From: Takakia lepidozioides
Taxonomy: Eukaryota; Plantae; Bryophyta
Direction: 5' to 3'
Assembly (NCBI GenBank): GCA_030704615.1
Contig: CM060732.1
Location: 55,924,001 to 55,988,000, forward strand
DNA: 64,000 nucleotides
A program made the position numbers and the translations under genes. The notes below the pieces were generated by a model that was given only the letters and a program-made list of their open reading frames with translations, searched no databases and had not been told where the DNA came from. Positions 25,200-38,170 of this stretch are shown here, piece after piece; within the stretch, counting starts at the first letter, position 1, and each line of letters starts with the position of its first letter.

Positions 25200-27000
25200 T
25201 GATAACAGAAAGAGACTGTGGTTTGTCCCCTCTCATGTCCTCTCTCCTCCAGGATCACTCCTCTGTCCATTAAGCTCCAGTTTAAATTGGATCAAAGGGT
25301 CTCTCTGCTGCTCTCTCCCCCTCTCTAAGGCTACTGCAAACGTCTCATGAGTACGTTCTCCCCATCTCATTTTTTTGCTGTCCAACCTGTGGTGCTGCAG
25401 GGGCATTTACTAGGCATCGATAAGCTCTATCTTCCTCCAGGTTGCTAGATCAGCCCAAGAGTATGGGTCGGCATAAAATGGGAGGGAAATCCCAAGTATA
25501 GGGATAGGCTCAAAACCCCATACAGCTTGGTGCATTCATAACTATCCTCACATTTTCTTCAAAAACAGTGAGTGTTGGTGTGTGATTGGATTCAAGAGCC
25601 CAGCTGAGTCCAATGTGAGGTGCTGGTATTACTTGGCTTCATTGGAGCTTGAAGCAAGACTTACCTCCCAAAGTCCAGTAATGGTGCAATGGGATAGATG
25701 AAATTGAAGCCCTTGAAATATCTCAAGGCTGCACTTCCTGATTGAGCCAAAGTGTGGTAAGAACATTAGAAATTTGCTGAAAAGTGCATGCGCGGATTGC
25801 TTACAACTTTTGTTGAACAACTTGGTCTTGAGGATTACATAAGGGGCCTTCCCATGCTGGGCATGAGGCTCAAGTTCAAATGAAGAGAGAGGGTGCTACC
25901 TCTGCAGTGAACCCACTTGGGAAAGAGAATCCACATGCCTGATCTGTGGGTTTGCTGGTGAGGGCAGGTAACCTTCTCATGCACAGTAATGTGGACCCTT
26001 GTGCATGAGAGCCGGACCTCTTTGCAACAAAGATTGTCACTACAGATGATACATCATTCTTGGAAATCTGAAATTCAAAGATCAACTTCCATCAAGCATG
26101 TCCCAAAAGCTTTTCAAGGCTTTTGTTCAATTGGTGTTCATAAAAACTACTGCAAACCTCTAGTCCTGATCTTCTATCTTAACTACTGATCAGTGCAGTG
26201 CAGGAATTGTGCATGTTGACAGTTGTGAAGAAGAGATGTGCTAACCATAGCAGGCTTCAGTCATGGTTTTCCAGTTTGTGCCCCTTCATGATCAACCACT
26301 GGAAGACCTCCTACATCCAGCAAGGAGAAGAAGAATGAGGTTGGGGAGCTACAACGTAGCATTCTGACAGTCCTCTGATCAGCGGGCTTGGTCCACCTAC
26401 ACCTGCGTGGGATACTTAAAGCGGCGAGGAGGTGTCAATCGTGCATTGAGTATCGTTGGAGTCTTGAGAATTCTGGTCGCCCCATTCTTATCCTATGCAC
26501 ATCTGCACTTCATCCGTACTACTGTACATGTACTTCACATTGCATCGAAAGTTCATCTTCTTCCTTCAAGGTGCAGACACATATACATACTCTATCCTCT
26601 GCATGCATGTTGCGGTGTTGACACTTGCATGGTGGATCCCTGGGGCTGGATCGAGGCAGAGTCGACGCGATGCATCTCCTCTCGAACACTTGGCAAGCTT
26701 GTGAAGTTTGAGGTGCCACTTGGCCTTCTTCCTCTTGCATCCCTGGCCTTCGGCATAATCCCCCGCACTGAGACGCATATCCACCCTTTTCGATCACTAT
26801 ATCAACCCACTATTTCGCAGCTTTTCGACATACAGTACGTCTTACCGGGGTCTTAATAGCTTGTCTTGCTTCTTCGAATGTGGAAGTCCTGCGCTAAGCT
26901 CACTATCAGGAATTTTCACCTCTCGATCCTTAGAGCGTCATTGGATTTGACTTATATACTTTGAAATTGGACTAGGATCTCTTTCCACTGCAGCTTTAAT

Positions 27001-29143
27001 ATGGCGATGGCAGCTTCATACATATTGACAGCGAACAGTTCTGCGGCGTTGGCCCCTGCCGTCAAGGACTCTTCAAACCTCTCCTCTAGAGCTGCATTCC
27101 CTTCCACATTGGTGCAAGTAGCTCCGCTTCGGCCAGCTAACTTAAACAACAGAGTTGTCGTTGCCAGAGCTAGTCTGCCAGAGGTAAGATGAACTGCTCC
27201 CAGGAAGCATGGGAATAAAGGGGAGCTTGGTCGCTTCCGCAATGTTGTCCAGATTGATATTTATGCTTATCCTCGTACTAGTGGGACATGGAGATCTTTT
27301 GTAAGGCCTCCAATGTTGATATAAGGTGATGGCATCACCCAATCGCTTTTCTTGCTGTGTCTAGTGCTCAAGGTTAGAGATTTCAGCTCCTTTTTGTTGC
27401 ACGGAGGAAGAGCTACATTCAGTGACTTCCATCAAAGAAGTCCCGAGTTTCGTGTCTATAGCACATTTCTCCATGCCAAGACGAAGTGCATTGTGCTCAT
27501 GTCGGGTATTCGATCATTTGGCATTTACGTTTGCAGGAGCAAACGACAGTTCGGAGGAAAGTTTTGGCCGGCTTTCTGGCTGCTGGTGCTGCACTTGGTT
27601 TCTCTGGTCAGGCGTTCGCTGCAAACCCCGGTGGTGTGGTCAACGTTATATTTAAGGAGGCAGAAATTAAGAACAAAGCGTCTCCTCCCCGTGTTGGTGG
27701 GGCGGTCCAGGATGCCGGTCAGACAGCTCAAAAGTACGAAACCCCTCCCTTCCTCGCATTTACTAATGAGATACTGAGGATGTCGCTGAAGGAGGCAGAC
27801 TTGGGTTCTATATCTTATGGTGTAAATCAACATGTTATATCTCTTCAAACAACGGGAGGGAGTAGCCCCCGAGTTGCTCTTGGGGGTTGAAGTGACGCTA
27901 AGTTACTCTTGCTTTGGAAAGAGTCTTTCTTTTCTTTTCCCTTTTTTGTTTTTTGAAAGATGCAGAAAGATAGATCGAACGCTTGCAAAATCTCTTATGC
28001 GTCCTGCATGTGCTCGTGAGTTTAATGGCAGGGCTGGAAGTGGAGCTGTCAACAGCCTGCAGGGTTCCACTAGCGGTGTTGTGGACAAAGCCAAGGCCAA
28101 TGTGAACGAAACCAAGCGCAGGATTGATGGGATCTTCGGAAAGAACAAGGTTTGTTTGGTTTGTTGACTGAGAAGATAGTTAATCAGCAATTTGTTGATT
28201 TCCTGAAGACCCTCTAATATGCCGAGGGTGAGGTGACATCGAAGTTCTCTTTGTACTGTGCATGCATGATTTTAACCCGGCTTTTGCTGCAACACCTGCA
28301 CGAGTGTCCATGACTTTTTTTGGCTAGCAACCTTGTACGTGTATAAGATTTTTTTCCATCACATCTACTGTGTCGTTTCTTCCATGGATTTCCAAGTAAA
28401 AGTTATTGGAAAAAGAGGAAAGTACTCATGTTTGTGTTAAACCTGCTGTAGGGCTTTGGGAATGTTGGGAAGGAAATAGCCAGCAATGTGGAAGACGCAA
28501 CAGAGGGTGCGAAGAAGGGAGCAGAGAGTTTGTTTGATAAGGCAAAAGGCAAGACTGGAGAAATTGGCAATCTGGAAGATGCAGTTCAGAATGTAAAGAA
28601 GGGAGCTGGGAATCTGGTGGGAAAAACTCAAAGGTCTAGTGGGAAGAACATAGCCGACCAGGCCCAGAAGAAAGTGACCGAGGCCAGCAGCTCTGGCAAG
28701 GGACTTATTTCCAAAACCCAAAACAAGGCTAGTAGCGCTGGAATTGATGCACAAGGTGCTGTAGATCAAGCTAAAACCGCAGCTGATGACGTTCAAGGAA
28801 AAGGGAAAAGTCTACTTGATTCCATCCAAAATGGAGTAGAGGTACGTATTAATTCTTTGCGAGCTATTAGCTTACCGAAATACCCGCAGTGTAGCAGTGA
28901 GGTTGCCATCAGTGTGCAGTGTAGGTGAGAGGTAATATTTCTGTGAACAATAGAGAAAGTGCTGGCACTTTAGCACGCTTACAAATACATGGCGATGCAA
29001 ACAGAAACGACTCCTTGTACACTATCTGTGTGGTGGAATCGCTTAAAGTGTGCCTGATTTTTCTGCAGAGTGCGAAGGACAATCTCCTCTCACGTGTCGA
29101 TGAAGCCAAGAATGCTGCGAGTGACGTTGCAGGAAATTTTTGA
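27001..29143 (+). CDS. Chloroplast (predicted thylakoid-lumen, Tat signal) LEA-like protein, 5 exons, ~320 aa
   Basis: Exons 27001-27183, 27537-27733, 28032-28149, 28452-28841, 29069-29143 join in frame. Ser/Ala-rich transit peptide, then VRRKVLAGFLAAGAALGFSGQAFA (twin-Arg, hydrophobic core, AxA). Mature part has A/K/D/G/Q-rich LEA-like repeats (DQAKTAADDVQGK, DEAKNAASDVAG). Confidence 0.8.
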
Positions 29144-29869
29144 ACAGTAATTAAACCTCTCTTAATACCCGTCTCTGCTGAGGTTAGTGCAACTGTAGAG
29201 TTAGAAAATGTTCCGAATTTGTGGCATGGATAGGAGTGAAATCTCCAACGGAAGAAGTTCACTCACAAAGCGGTCTGCTGCCCACGAGTACGGGTACCTC
29301 TTGTAGACATAGTTACAACCAAAGTTTGATGGAGTTTCAGCAGCGAAAATGTACAAACTGAAGTTCATTCCCTTCAAAAGGATCATATGGCCATTGAAGA
29401 TGTAATCTGGATTCCGTTTTAACAGCGTAAGAATTACAATTGAGTAAGCAAGGTAAAGATCAATGTCATCGATAAGACGGTCGAATTGTCAATGCATTGA
29501 ACACACAGAAAAACAATCACTGTTTCGAAGCCATCGTTCAGTATATTTTAGCTTTTATAATACACAAATATTTAATAATGAATAATTATTTTTTTATTTT
29601 TAATATTATAGATAATAGTATTTCTCTAGCAAAACTATTTCAAAGGCTGTGCTCACGCCAGCAAAATGAGTTTCGTTGGCGAAACCAAAAAAAGAAAAAA
29701 TCAAAAAGATAGTTTTGATTGAGCACCCATTTTTCAAGGAAAAATAATAAAAAGACTTCAGTAAGATAATTTGGGCTCCGGGTTCTCCCATCATTCGTAA
29801 GATCAAATATAGATGACTCGTAACTTCATTTGGAAAGCGACATCGATCTCTACTGACAAGAGGCCTGGT

Positions 29870-31238
29870 TAGTTGGGCTCAGCTCTCTTTAACCGTGTGA
29901 GAGTTCTGCCTCCATCATATCCCCTGCTGTTGCAGCTCAAGGCTTTTCTGAGAAGAGAATTGCTCTTGGCTGGATTGTGGTTCTTGGGAGTCTCCCTCCT
30001 CGCTGAACTGACTTCTTATCGCAGCCCGAGAGCTTTGCTCTTCCCCGCGAGAGATTCAACACTATGAAGGTTCTATATTCTGGTTTTTCAAAGCTCCTAT
30101 TAAGCTCTTGCAATTCGACCCGACAGAGTGGTGTTGGATGAGTAAAAAACCATGATCATTTCTTCGCCTATACTGTTAACCTGGGATACTCCTTGCTCGT
30201 GACATGAAATGGTTGAGGAAGTGGGCTCACCTCTCGGAGCTACGAATCCTGTGGGAGCTTGTTTGGGCTGATGTATGGAAGAAGCATAGGCCTTCAAAAA
30301 TTTATGGCCTTCTCTGGAAAATTGTCAACAGGCCCCGTTCCTGTTGGAGCAGCCTTCTCTGACCTGCAGTCTCAGTGTGCAGTTTGTTATCAGAATTGCT
30401 TGGAAGACATTGAGCATTGTTTTGTGCTCTGCCCCTTTGCGCAGGCTGCTTGGTCTCATGCTTTTACTCTCTGCTCTTACTGGAACTCTAATCTTTCCTA
30501 CTCAACATCTGCTTTGCTGCTAAACGTCAAGGATGGTAACCTTTTTTGTTCATGTCCGATCTGGGAAACACTCAGAGGCATTTCGTTGTGGCATATTTGG
30601 AAAATTAGATGCTCTGTTGTCTTTCAGAAGGTCATGCCCTGTTTGTAGAGGCTCTTATCTTGGCTCACTCAGACATGTTGTCTGAGGCCCGCAAATCCTG
30701 AATGACGTGGTGACAGCTCTTCCCAAATGTGGGAGCAGAATGGGATGCCAGCTCCTTGCTGCCTTCGACAGTACATGGGGAAAGGGTGGGGTGTTCTGCA
30801 GAAGAGTATCGGACTCGAGAGTTATCTGGGAAGAAAGCCTCCCATCTTGTTGGCAGCTCAATTAACGCAAGGATTTCACCGCTGGGAGCGAGGAGGTGGA
30901 GATCAATTGGGGACACCAGAAGCATAGTCTTATAAAAGGTAAATCGAAAGCTCAGCTTTCGTTCGATGCCCCCAAAAAGAGAAGGGGCAGCTCTTGATTA
31001 GGCTTTCTTGGTAGTTCCAGTAATGACCGTATCTCTGGTGCTTAGTTGCCTTTTGTCTTTGGTTCTTTCATCTATTTCGAGTTTGTTTTTAGTTACTTAA
31101 GTTCTTCAGAACTTATCGGGATTTTGGCTTCTTTGGTTATTTGTGCTTTCTTCCTCTTCTGGCTGCCATAGTTCTAGTTTTTATCAGGGCTACAATCCCC
31201 TTGTTGATCCTTTATATATATATATATAAAAGAAAAAA
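29870..31238 (+). mobile_element. 5'-truncated, degenerate L1-type LINE 3' end
   Basis: zf-RVT motif CAVCYQNCLEDIEHCFVLCPFAQAAW and WETLRGISLWHIWKIRCSVVF (30259-30648); AT/A-rich tail at ~31210-31238. Confidence 0.75.
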
Positions 31239-31329
31239 GTAAGAACTTAATCCACACTAACCTCTGACAGGATGGTATGCCGGTTTCCGGCATGTCAAAT
31301 CTTCCCCACCCTCTCTTGATAGTGATATA

Positions 31330-31505
31330 ATAATGTTTGATGCCTCCCGAAGCGTAAAGGAAACATAAATTATGGAGTCTCTTCACCCCGAAGGATTACC
31401 ACCTTCCGCTAGGAAGGTGGACACCTTTGTGACACCAATCGGTTGATTGAACCCACAACCATTTTCGAGGTGGTATGTGCCAATAACCAGTGGGCTACAA
31501 CTTGG
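31330..31505 (-). mobile_element. Probable tRNA-derived SINE
   Basis: Minus strand has an A-box-like TAGCCCACTGG (31497-31487) and a B-box-like GGTTCAATCAACC (31453-31441) at tRNA-like spacing. No clean cloverleaf; 3' boundary approximate. Confidence 0.4.
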
Positions 31506-31846
31506 TTGTCCTTGAGAGTGACATAGAACCGTATTTTCAAAACCACTTGAGAACAAATATAGGGCGCAATTTATTTTTTTGAGGTAAATTTTAGAAATTT
31601 TTTACTTAGAAAATATGGTAAGGCAATATCATTTCACCCAATTTTTTAAGAAAAAAGGCAATAAAAAATCCAGAGTTTTACTTAAAAAGTTAATGTAATA
31701 AAGGGTTTTATCTACAATATAATGTATCCATCCTGGTGAAGTTTCTCATATTTCATCCAGCTCTAATCCATTAGGATGAAATCAGGTAGATGTCACCTGA
31801 AGTTCAAATATGATTCCAGTGAAACACAATAGGTTGACGTTGATAT

Positions 31847-32199
31847 TGTCAAGTTAAATAAGCACAGTGTGAAACTAACTAGAATAAAGCTAGTTATTTG
31901 TATTTAACACTTGGATTTAAGTCAACTGTTAAATCAGATGTCAAGTTTAGTTTTGATACCTGAACCGTCTTATCTTCATGAGAGCGTCAGTCCGCAGCTC
32001 ATCTCTCTCAAGTTGAGCCTGCGCGACCGAGCTCCTGCATGCGTTTAGAACTGAGTGTGTTTATGATGGGATGATAGGTTGTTGTGGGGTGGACTCTTCA
32101 TAGCTTGGGGTGCTCCTGGCTCGACTATTATCTTAAAGAGTGATAGCGATGGATTTCATGTTTCTTGTGTCAAGAGTGTGTTCTTTAGCTTTCTTATCA
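31847..32199 (+). repeat. Left terminal repeat segment A1 (353 bp)
   Basis: Matches 42391-42744 with ~16 substitutions and one indel by hand count (~95% identity). Confidence 0.95.
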
Positions 32200-32214
32200 C
32201 TCGAGAGAGATGAG
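32199..32214 (+). promoter_or_regulatory. Self-priming primer-binding site (Tf1-like)
   Basis: ACTCGAGAGAGATGAG at and immediately after the LTR end is the exact reverse complement of CTCATCTCTCTCGAGT inside the LTR (42543-42558; one mismatch in A1 at 31998-32013). No TGG-starting tRNA PBS is present. Confidence 0.75.
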
Positions 32215-33205
32215 GCTTGCATCTGTGAGTGCCAGAGGTGAGTTCAGTTTTAGCACTTGTGGTTTTTGTTTTAAAAGTGAGAGAAGCGATTTGTTGAAAG
32301 AAGGTGAGCAATGCTTGGAAGGGTGTGCAAGTGCAGGTGGGGTGAGACGATGCCATCTGTTTGCTTTTTGATGATTTGAGCCTATGAGGAGAGGCGGAGC
32401 TGCCGCTCTACTTGTGATCACCACTTAGCAACTTATGAACTCACGGGGGAAAACAGCTTGCTGGGGTGCGGCTATAGACACTGTGCCGTCATTGGCATTC
32501 ATGATTACGATTGTACAAGGCAGGGCCTGCGGGAGAAGTAGTTTGCTGCCAGATGATGGGCAGGAATTACGTTGAAGACTTTGCAGTGTGATATCCTACG
32601 CAACTAACGGACTGAGGGCCAGGCAAAGCAATCAGTTTATGACGATCAGAGATAACGACGGAGCATGTTGCCATCCCTCTGCCGTTCGGAGAGAAGGAAG
32701 AGGCAGCCTCTTTCACAAGATTCTTGGAGTTTGTGGGGCTCCCTTATCAAGTAATCAAAACCAGCAATGTGTTTCCTGCTAAAGTCTTTGATTGCAGTTC
32801 AGACTGGTAATCAATCAAGATAGAGCGAATGCGCGGCAGCTTCAATCAGTCACGACGTTTCTTGCCTGAGGTTTATTTGCCACCAAGGCGGTCGGTGTGG
32901 ATATGGAGGTGTCGGTTTGGCTGTGATCGGTCTGGATCCGGCTTTTCTCTTCACGGGTGTGTGATTTGACAGAAAGCGATTTGCAGCAGATGTTTATCGG
33001 TTTCAGAGAAAGGAGGAACATATTATACAAGTCCGCTGCAATGAAGGAGTGTCTGAAACTTGCGAAAGATCAATGCAATTAATCTGACCGTCTCGGAGGT
33101 TATTGGTGTCAACCACAGGAAGGCGAACTAAAGGCACTTCAAGGACGAGAATGGTGCTGAAAATGCATTCAACCTTTTCAAGGCTCCTGGAGTTCGAGAG
33201 AGGAT

Positions 33206-33457
33206 GTGGAGTCACATGTAGTAGACACCTCCTGCGAATCAGAAATTGATGCAGTTGTAACAGCCCGCATCCACTCAACCATGACCCGGGCCCTCTTTCG
33301 TGCCATATTGCCAGAGTCTGGTGAAGATCCGGCACAGACCACAATGCATGATTCTGACCGTACCTTCATTATGGGAAGCATTACTGACAGGTAGACGATG
33401 ATGTTTGTTGCCAACGAGGAAGGGAAACTTCTTGCACTGCGCCAGATCTTCAACCAG
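33206..33457 (+). pseudogene. Captured degenerate DEAD-box RNA helicase fragment (DDX52/ROK1-like) in the retroelement 5' region
   Basis: EIDAVVTARIHSTMTRALFRAILPESGEDPAQTTMHDSDR..*TMMFVANEEGKLLALRQIF resembles the motif III (LFSATLP..VEELAR..MHD) to KL.F.G.EEGKLLALRQ stretch of DDX52/ROK1 helicases as I recall it. An in-frame stop is present. Confidence 0.6.
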
Positions 33458-34359
33458 GTCTATGTGCTAAGCTCTTGTATCCCATGGTTGGGTGATTTGC
33501 ACAAGTCAGAGCCATTGCAAGTGAGTCCGGAAGATAGGGCTCCCAATGCTCCAGATACAGACCTCTTTCCTTGCGGTGCAGACCAGTTTGCTGCAACTCC
33601 GCTGTAGCGTGAAGGATGGTAGAGAGGTTGCCATCTGCGAATCGTTGCATGCGAAATGCTGATGTGAGGATGAGAGGCGGACTAAAGAGATAAGTAGGAA
33701 ATCGCAGCTTCACTGCTTCCCTGGAGATGCTTGCTCTAAGCCGAGTGTTGTGGTGTACTAGACTTCCAAGCATTCACTGGACATCCTGTGTGAGTGGAAC
33801 CAGCTTGAACCTCGTGAGCCTGAAGGGGAGCGAGGGCGATTTCTGGTTTTGAGTGTTGTGTACGACAAAGAGTAGGTAGCCGTGAGGACTGAGCAGAACT
33901 AGGAGCTGGTAGGAGCTGACGGGCATCTCTGCTGCATGGCTTGGAGATTGACGAGCATGCAAGCTGCTCATGTGCAACCCTTTGATCAGGTCTTTGATCG
34001 GCCAAATCGGCCAACACCCCGCACCACCTCCTTGTTCCTGCTTGCTCGCGCAGGCTTGGCCATCGCTGCCATCGTCTGCGTCCGTCTTGCCTCTCTCCCT
34101 TGAGCATACTGAGTGCGTGATTAATGTGAGGCCATTTCTTTCAGGACCAATTGGCCTTGCGGTTTATGAGTCCAAGGAATTCTTAGGGAACCAGGGAACA
34201 GGGAACCAAGACAAGTATTGAAAAAAAAACAAAAAAAATGACTCTGCTAAAAATCTATGGAATTTTTAGAATGTGAGTGTGCCGTGAAAGATCCACAATT
34301 TTGTTTCTAGAACCTGTTCTGGTCTATATGAGAGGCAAATCTGTGGATGTCCTCTTTGT

Positions 34360-35006
34360 ATGGCTGGAGGAAATGAGGACGTAATTGAAGGGCAGGTCTC
34401 TTCTCTTAGCCTGTGCACACAAGGGGACAGGATTTATGTTTCCCAAGGAACTCAGACTGATTTGAGTGGAGAACAGTTGGACGAGTTGATTGCATACTGG
34501 GAGTCAGGCATTAGCAGTAGACAACAGTCTGTTGTAGTTGGCGTTGAAGGCCTCAATATCGCTTTGGACAGTCAGAACTCTGTTGGAGCCAGCAGTTCTG
34601 CAGCTGTAAGTGAAATACCAAAGTGGGTGAAAGCTAGGCTTGGAACACAGCCAAAGACAGCCCCGGGTACCAAGGTGTTCAGCCACAAGGCCGTGGTGTA
34701 CTGGAGTAGAGGAGTAGGAGCTACACAAGTTTGTGCAATAAGACAGTTGCAAAGACGGACACGCTCTGCACAAGAAACCACGAGAGGGGGTTCATTAGAA
34801 AGGACAAAGTTTGTTTGTTGAAGAGATGCAAGTCATTCGCCAATGAGGAACACCCGCAACCGTCTCAAAGCTTTCGGTTGAGAGACTATCAGACCCTACC
34901 TTTGTTTTCTTTAGTGTTCAGTGAGCGGGAGATAGATGAGTATTGCTTTGTCTCTACCTGGCAGAAAGAGGAGGAGGGGTTGTTTGAGCGAGCTACTGTA
35001 CTGTAG
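34360..35006 (+). pseudogene. Extra ORF upstream of gag (frameshifted near 34720), unknown function
   Basis: ATG-initiated ORF 34360-34821 overlaps ORF 34731-35006 in another frame; together about 215 aa with a small Cys/His cluster. No family recognised. Confidence 0.35.
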
Positions 35007-35847
35007 CTTGGGACAAGGTTCGTGGCAGGTTTCTGGACATAGATATACCTCCTACACCTTATATGCAGGAGCGAGGCACTTTGAGAGAAGTCTGGCAGTT
35101 GATAGTATAGATCAGGATTAGATCTTGCTTGGTCGGGCTTCTATTCTTTCCCCCATCTCTGTACTATTTTCATTACCTTGTACTTGTAGTTGCCAAAGCC
35201 TCTTTGGTGGAGGCCAGTCAGTCTGGGGTTTGGGCTGGGATGGGGATATTCTGCAGGTCAGCACTGCAGATGGATTTTGGTGTGGGGGTGTTGATGTTTG
35301 ATTTCTTGTGTTTGGATCCCCCCCAACACCTGCATGCTTGACTGTGCGCCATGTTGGTTTTGTGTGGGCGCTTGCTTTCATAGGGATTAGGCCGGATTTG
35401 ATCACCGGTCAATCCTAGAGATGCTGTCGATGATCGGTGGTGAGGCTGGAGTGATGACCAGCAAGACCACCAGTGTTTCTTCTATGGTGAGACTGGGTTG
35501 ATGACAGCCAACCATATGAGTTCTTGCGGTGGATGCAGGTGCAGGTGCCCTGAGCCACTGGGATATGACCCTTTAAACTGCAACAGGTGCCCACCCGTGT
35601 CACTATTAGGATTAGTACTAGAGCCGTATAGTGTCAAGTGGGATCACGGAGTTACCCAAGGGTTTTGAGGGGAGTACGGATACAGGCAAGCAGTAATAAC
35701 AGTGAGAGTGGGTTCACAAGACGAGATATTCGGTTCAGACCACCTCACCTCCACCCTCAACTAGTGCAGAGTCAGACACGATTCGGAGGCTTCATCAATA
35801 GGGTGCAGTTTCATTCGCCATGTTGTGGGACGACATGGAGGAGATGT

Positions 35848-36910
35848 ATGGAGCTACAAGGGGCCTCGTAGGTACTCTGGAGCTGTGGGCACAATCGGTT
35901 GGATGACTTTATCCAGGAGTTCGACAGCTGGTGTGATTTGCAGCAGATGCGCAATCCACAGCTATTCACCCCATTCATGGCGTGGAAGAGACTATTCCAG
36001 CATTTGGAAGGCCCGCTTATGGACGATTACCACGAGTTCGGGCGAGGACATGAAGCAGAGATTGAGGAGTGGAGGATGTATTGTCACCTGACTACGTCTC
36101 CATTACTCGAGGCACGACGCGACCAGTAGTAGCTGCATCAGTACCAAATCTCCCACTGCCAGCACTAGTAGTGGAACAAGTAGTGCGGTACTTCTGCAGG
36201 TGGTACCAGTTCAAAAGTTGCTACTACTCCTCCTGCCACGACTACAACACATGTGCCTAGATTCAACCCGGTGGTGGAGTTCTTCCAGGAGTTGCGGAGG
36301 AAATACCAAGGTGTATGGACAGAGAAGCTGCGAAGTTTGCAAGACTTCCAGCGCAAACCCAGTGAGAGCTGCGAGAGCGTACACTCGTATGAGGCGCTTG
36401 ATAAGTGTGACCCAAGGGGTTACTGAAGCTCAGGCAATCCAGTTTTGGTATGGAATTGTTGGACAGGAGCTCAAGAGAAGGGTGCAGATGAACCCTCTTA
36501 CAAGCAACCCAACCCACATTAGCAGATGTGTTTCTGCTGGCTGAACGGATTGAGCTCAACATGGTGGAGGAGCGAGTGTTACCATTGATTTGGCAAGGAC
36601 ATGCCTGCACAAGGCGCAGCTGCTAGCCACAGGCACAAGGGACTGCCCAACAGCGTGGTCAGGGGGGGCAAGGTTTCCCAACCCAATTTCATGGAGCTTA
36701 CAGGGGACCTCAGGTACAAAGGCCCGTGGCATCTTTTGCAGGCCAAACAACCAGGGGTGATATGTTGGACATGTGGAGGAGGACCCCATGTCAAGAGAGA
36801 TTGCAAGAGAGTGCAAAAGGCGCGGCACAAGCACAGCCTGCACAGTTGCCAGTGTGGGCATTGTGGCAAGTATGGGCATGAGATGCCCAGTGTTATGACT
36901 TGCATCCTGA
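35848..36910 (+). pseudogene. gag: Retroelement gag (frameshifted) with zinc knuckles
   Basis: PRRYSG..LDDFIQEFDSWCD, EKLRSLQDFQRKPSES, and CWTCGGGPHVKRDC plus CGHCGKYGH knuckles. Confidence 0.75.
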
Positions 36911-37859
36911 GTGCGCTCAGGCCAGTTCCAAGGGAACAATGGTGGCCGGGGCCGAGGTGGACCAGCCCAGAGAGGACGAGGTGGTCGGGCACGAGGTGTA
37001 GGCCAAGGGCAAGCTCAACATGGCCAAGGACGCGAAGGTTAGGGTTTGTTGACCAAGGCATGGCCAAACGGCTTCAGCAGCTAGAGTGAGGCTCGCTGCC
37101 ATGGCCACAGCTCAGGTGGTACCGGCTCCCAGCGGGGGATGGTCCACCTCCTGCGCCTGAGGGAGGAGATATGGGAGGCATAGGATTCATGTGCGGAGAA
37201 GCGCTACCACTAGAGCAGGTGGAGTCTGCTGCAGCGTGACTCGAGGAGCAGGAGCATCACGAGTTCCTGAGCCACGAGGTGCAGAGGTGGAATGGATCCA
37301 CAAGCGTGGGGAGGCAAGCCGTCAGGCGAGGCTTCCTCAGTCATTCACATTGGCGGAGACTGTGTCGACGCCATCCATGGCACCTAGTTCTCGCCCGACT
37401 GTTACCAAGGCGGAGGTTACTGTACCATTGGGGAGAGCTACAAGTGCAGCACTGACACCTGCTGCCAAGGCTAGTGCAGCCGGTGTATTATTGGGGGCAG
37501 CCACCTCTGTGTGTCAAGCCCCACTGTTTCTCGGCAACCATGATTGCGACACCAGGGGTAAGACCAGCTGTAGTGTTCAGACTAGCAGCAAACACTCTGT
37601 GAGAGTGGGAGGTACTTCATCTTCTGCGGAGTTAGTAGTGGAAGGTGTAGTGCAGAGGGATCCTCGGATTTGAGGGTCAAGACTGCCACGGCTGCACCAT
37701 GGCAGCTAGCCTTTGAGCGCGCCATGGTGACACCTGGAGTTGTCTTGTTAGACAACCAGGATGGCATTTTCACTTTGAGTGCCTTTTAGTTTATATATAA
37801 GCTCTGGTGACCGGAAGAAGAGGCCAGTGAAAGAACCCTCAATTCCCAAGGTCACAGGC

Positions 37860-38170
37860 AAGAAGTACCGGCCACTTCGGGTCTTGTTGGACTCGGGAGC
37901 TCAGCCACTGATGTTGGGCAGAGCTGCTATTGCAGGTTTGGGCCTCATGGAGGCGGAATGGAGCCTTGTCCTTTCCAGATACAGACATCTTGGGAGGATC
38001 AGAGCAGGCTCGGGGCATGACACGGCATCAGTTAGCCATTAGACTGCAGCCGGATCATCCTAGAGATGGCTCGGTGATGCGAGCCAAGGCCATTGTGACA
38101 GACGCGGTCTCTACGATGTCATCGTTGGTGGGGTAGTGTGTTATACCCCATGGGCTTCACCTGGACTTCT
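37860..38170 (+). pseudogene. Retroelement aspartic protease
   Basis: RPLRVLLDSGAQPLMLGRAAIAGLGL carries the catalytic D-S-G; frameshifted downstream. Confidence 0.8.

Noticed and set aside
31420-31505. Functional tRNA gene
   Set aside because: A/B boxes are present, but no convincing acceptor or anticodon stems could be folded; treated as a SINE.
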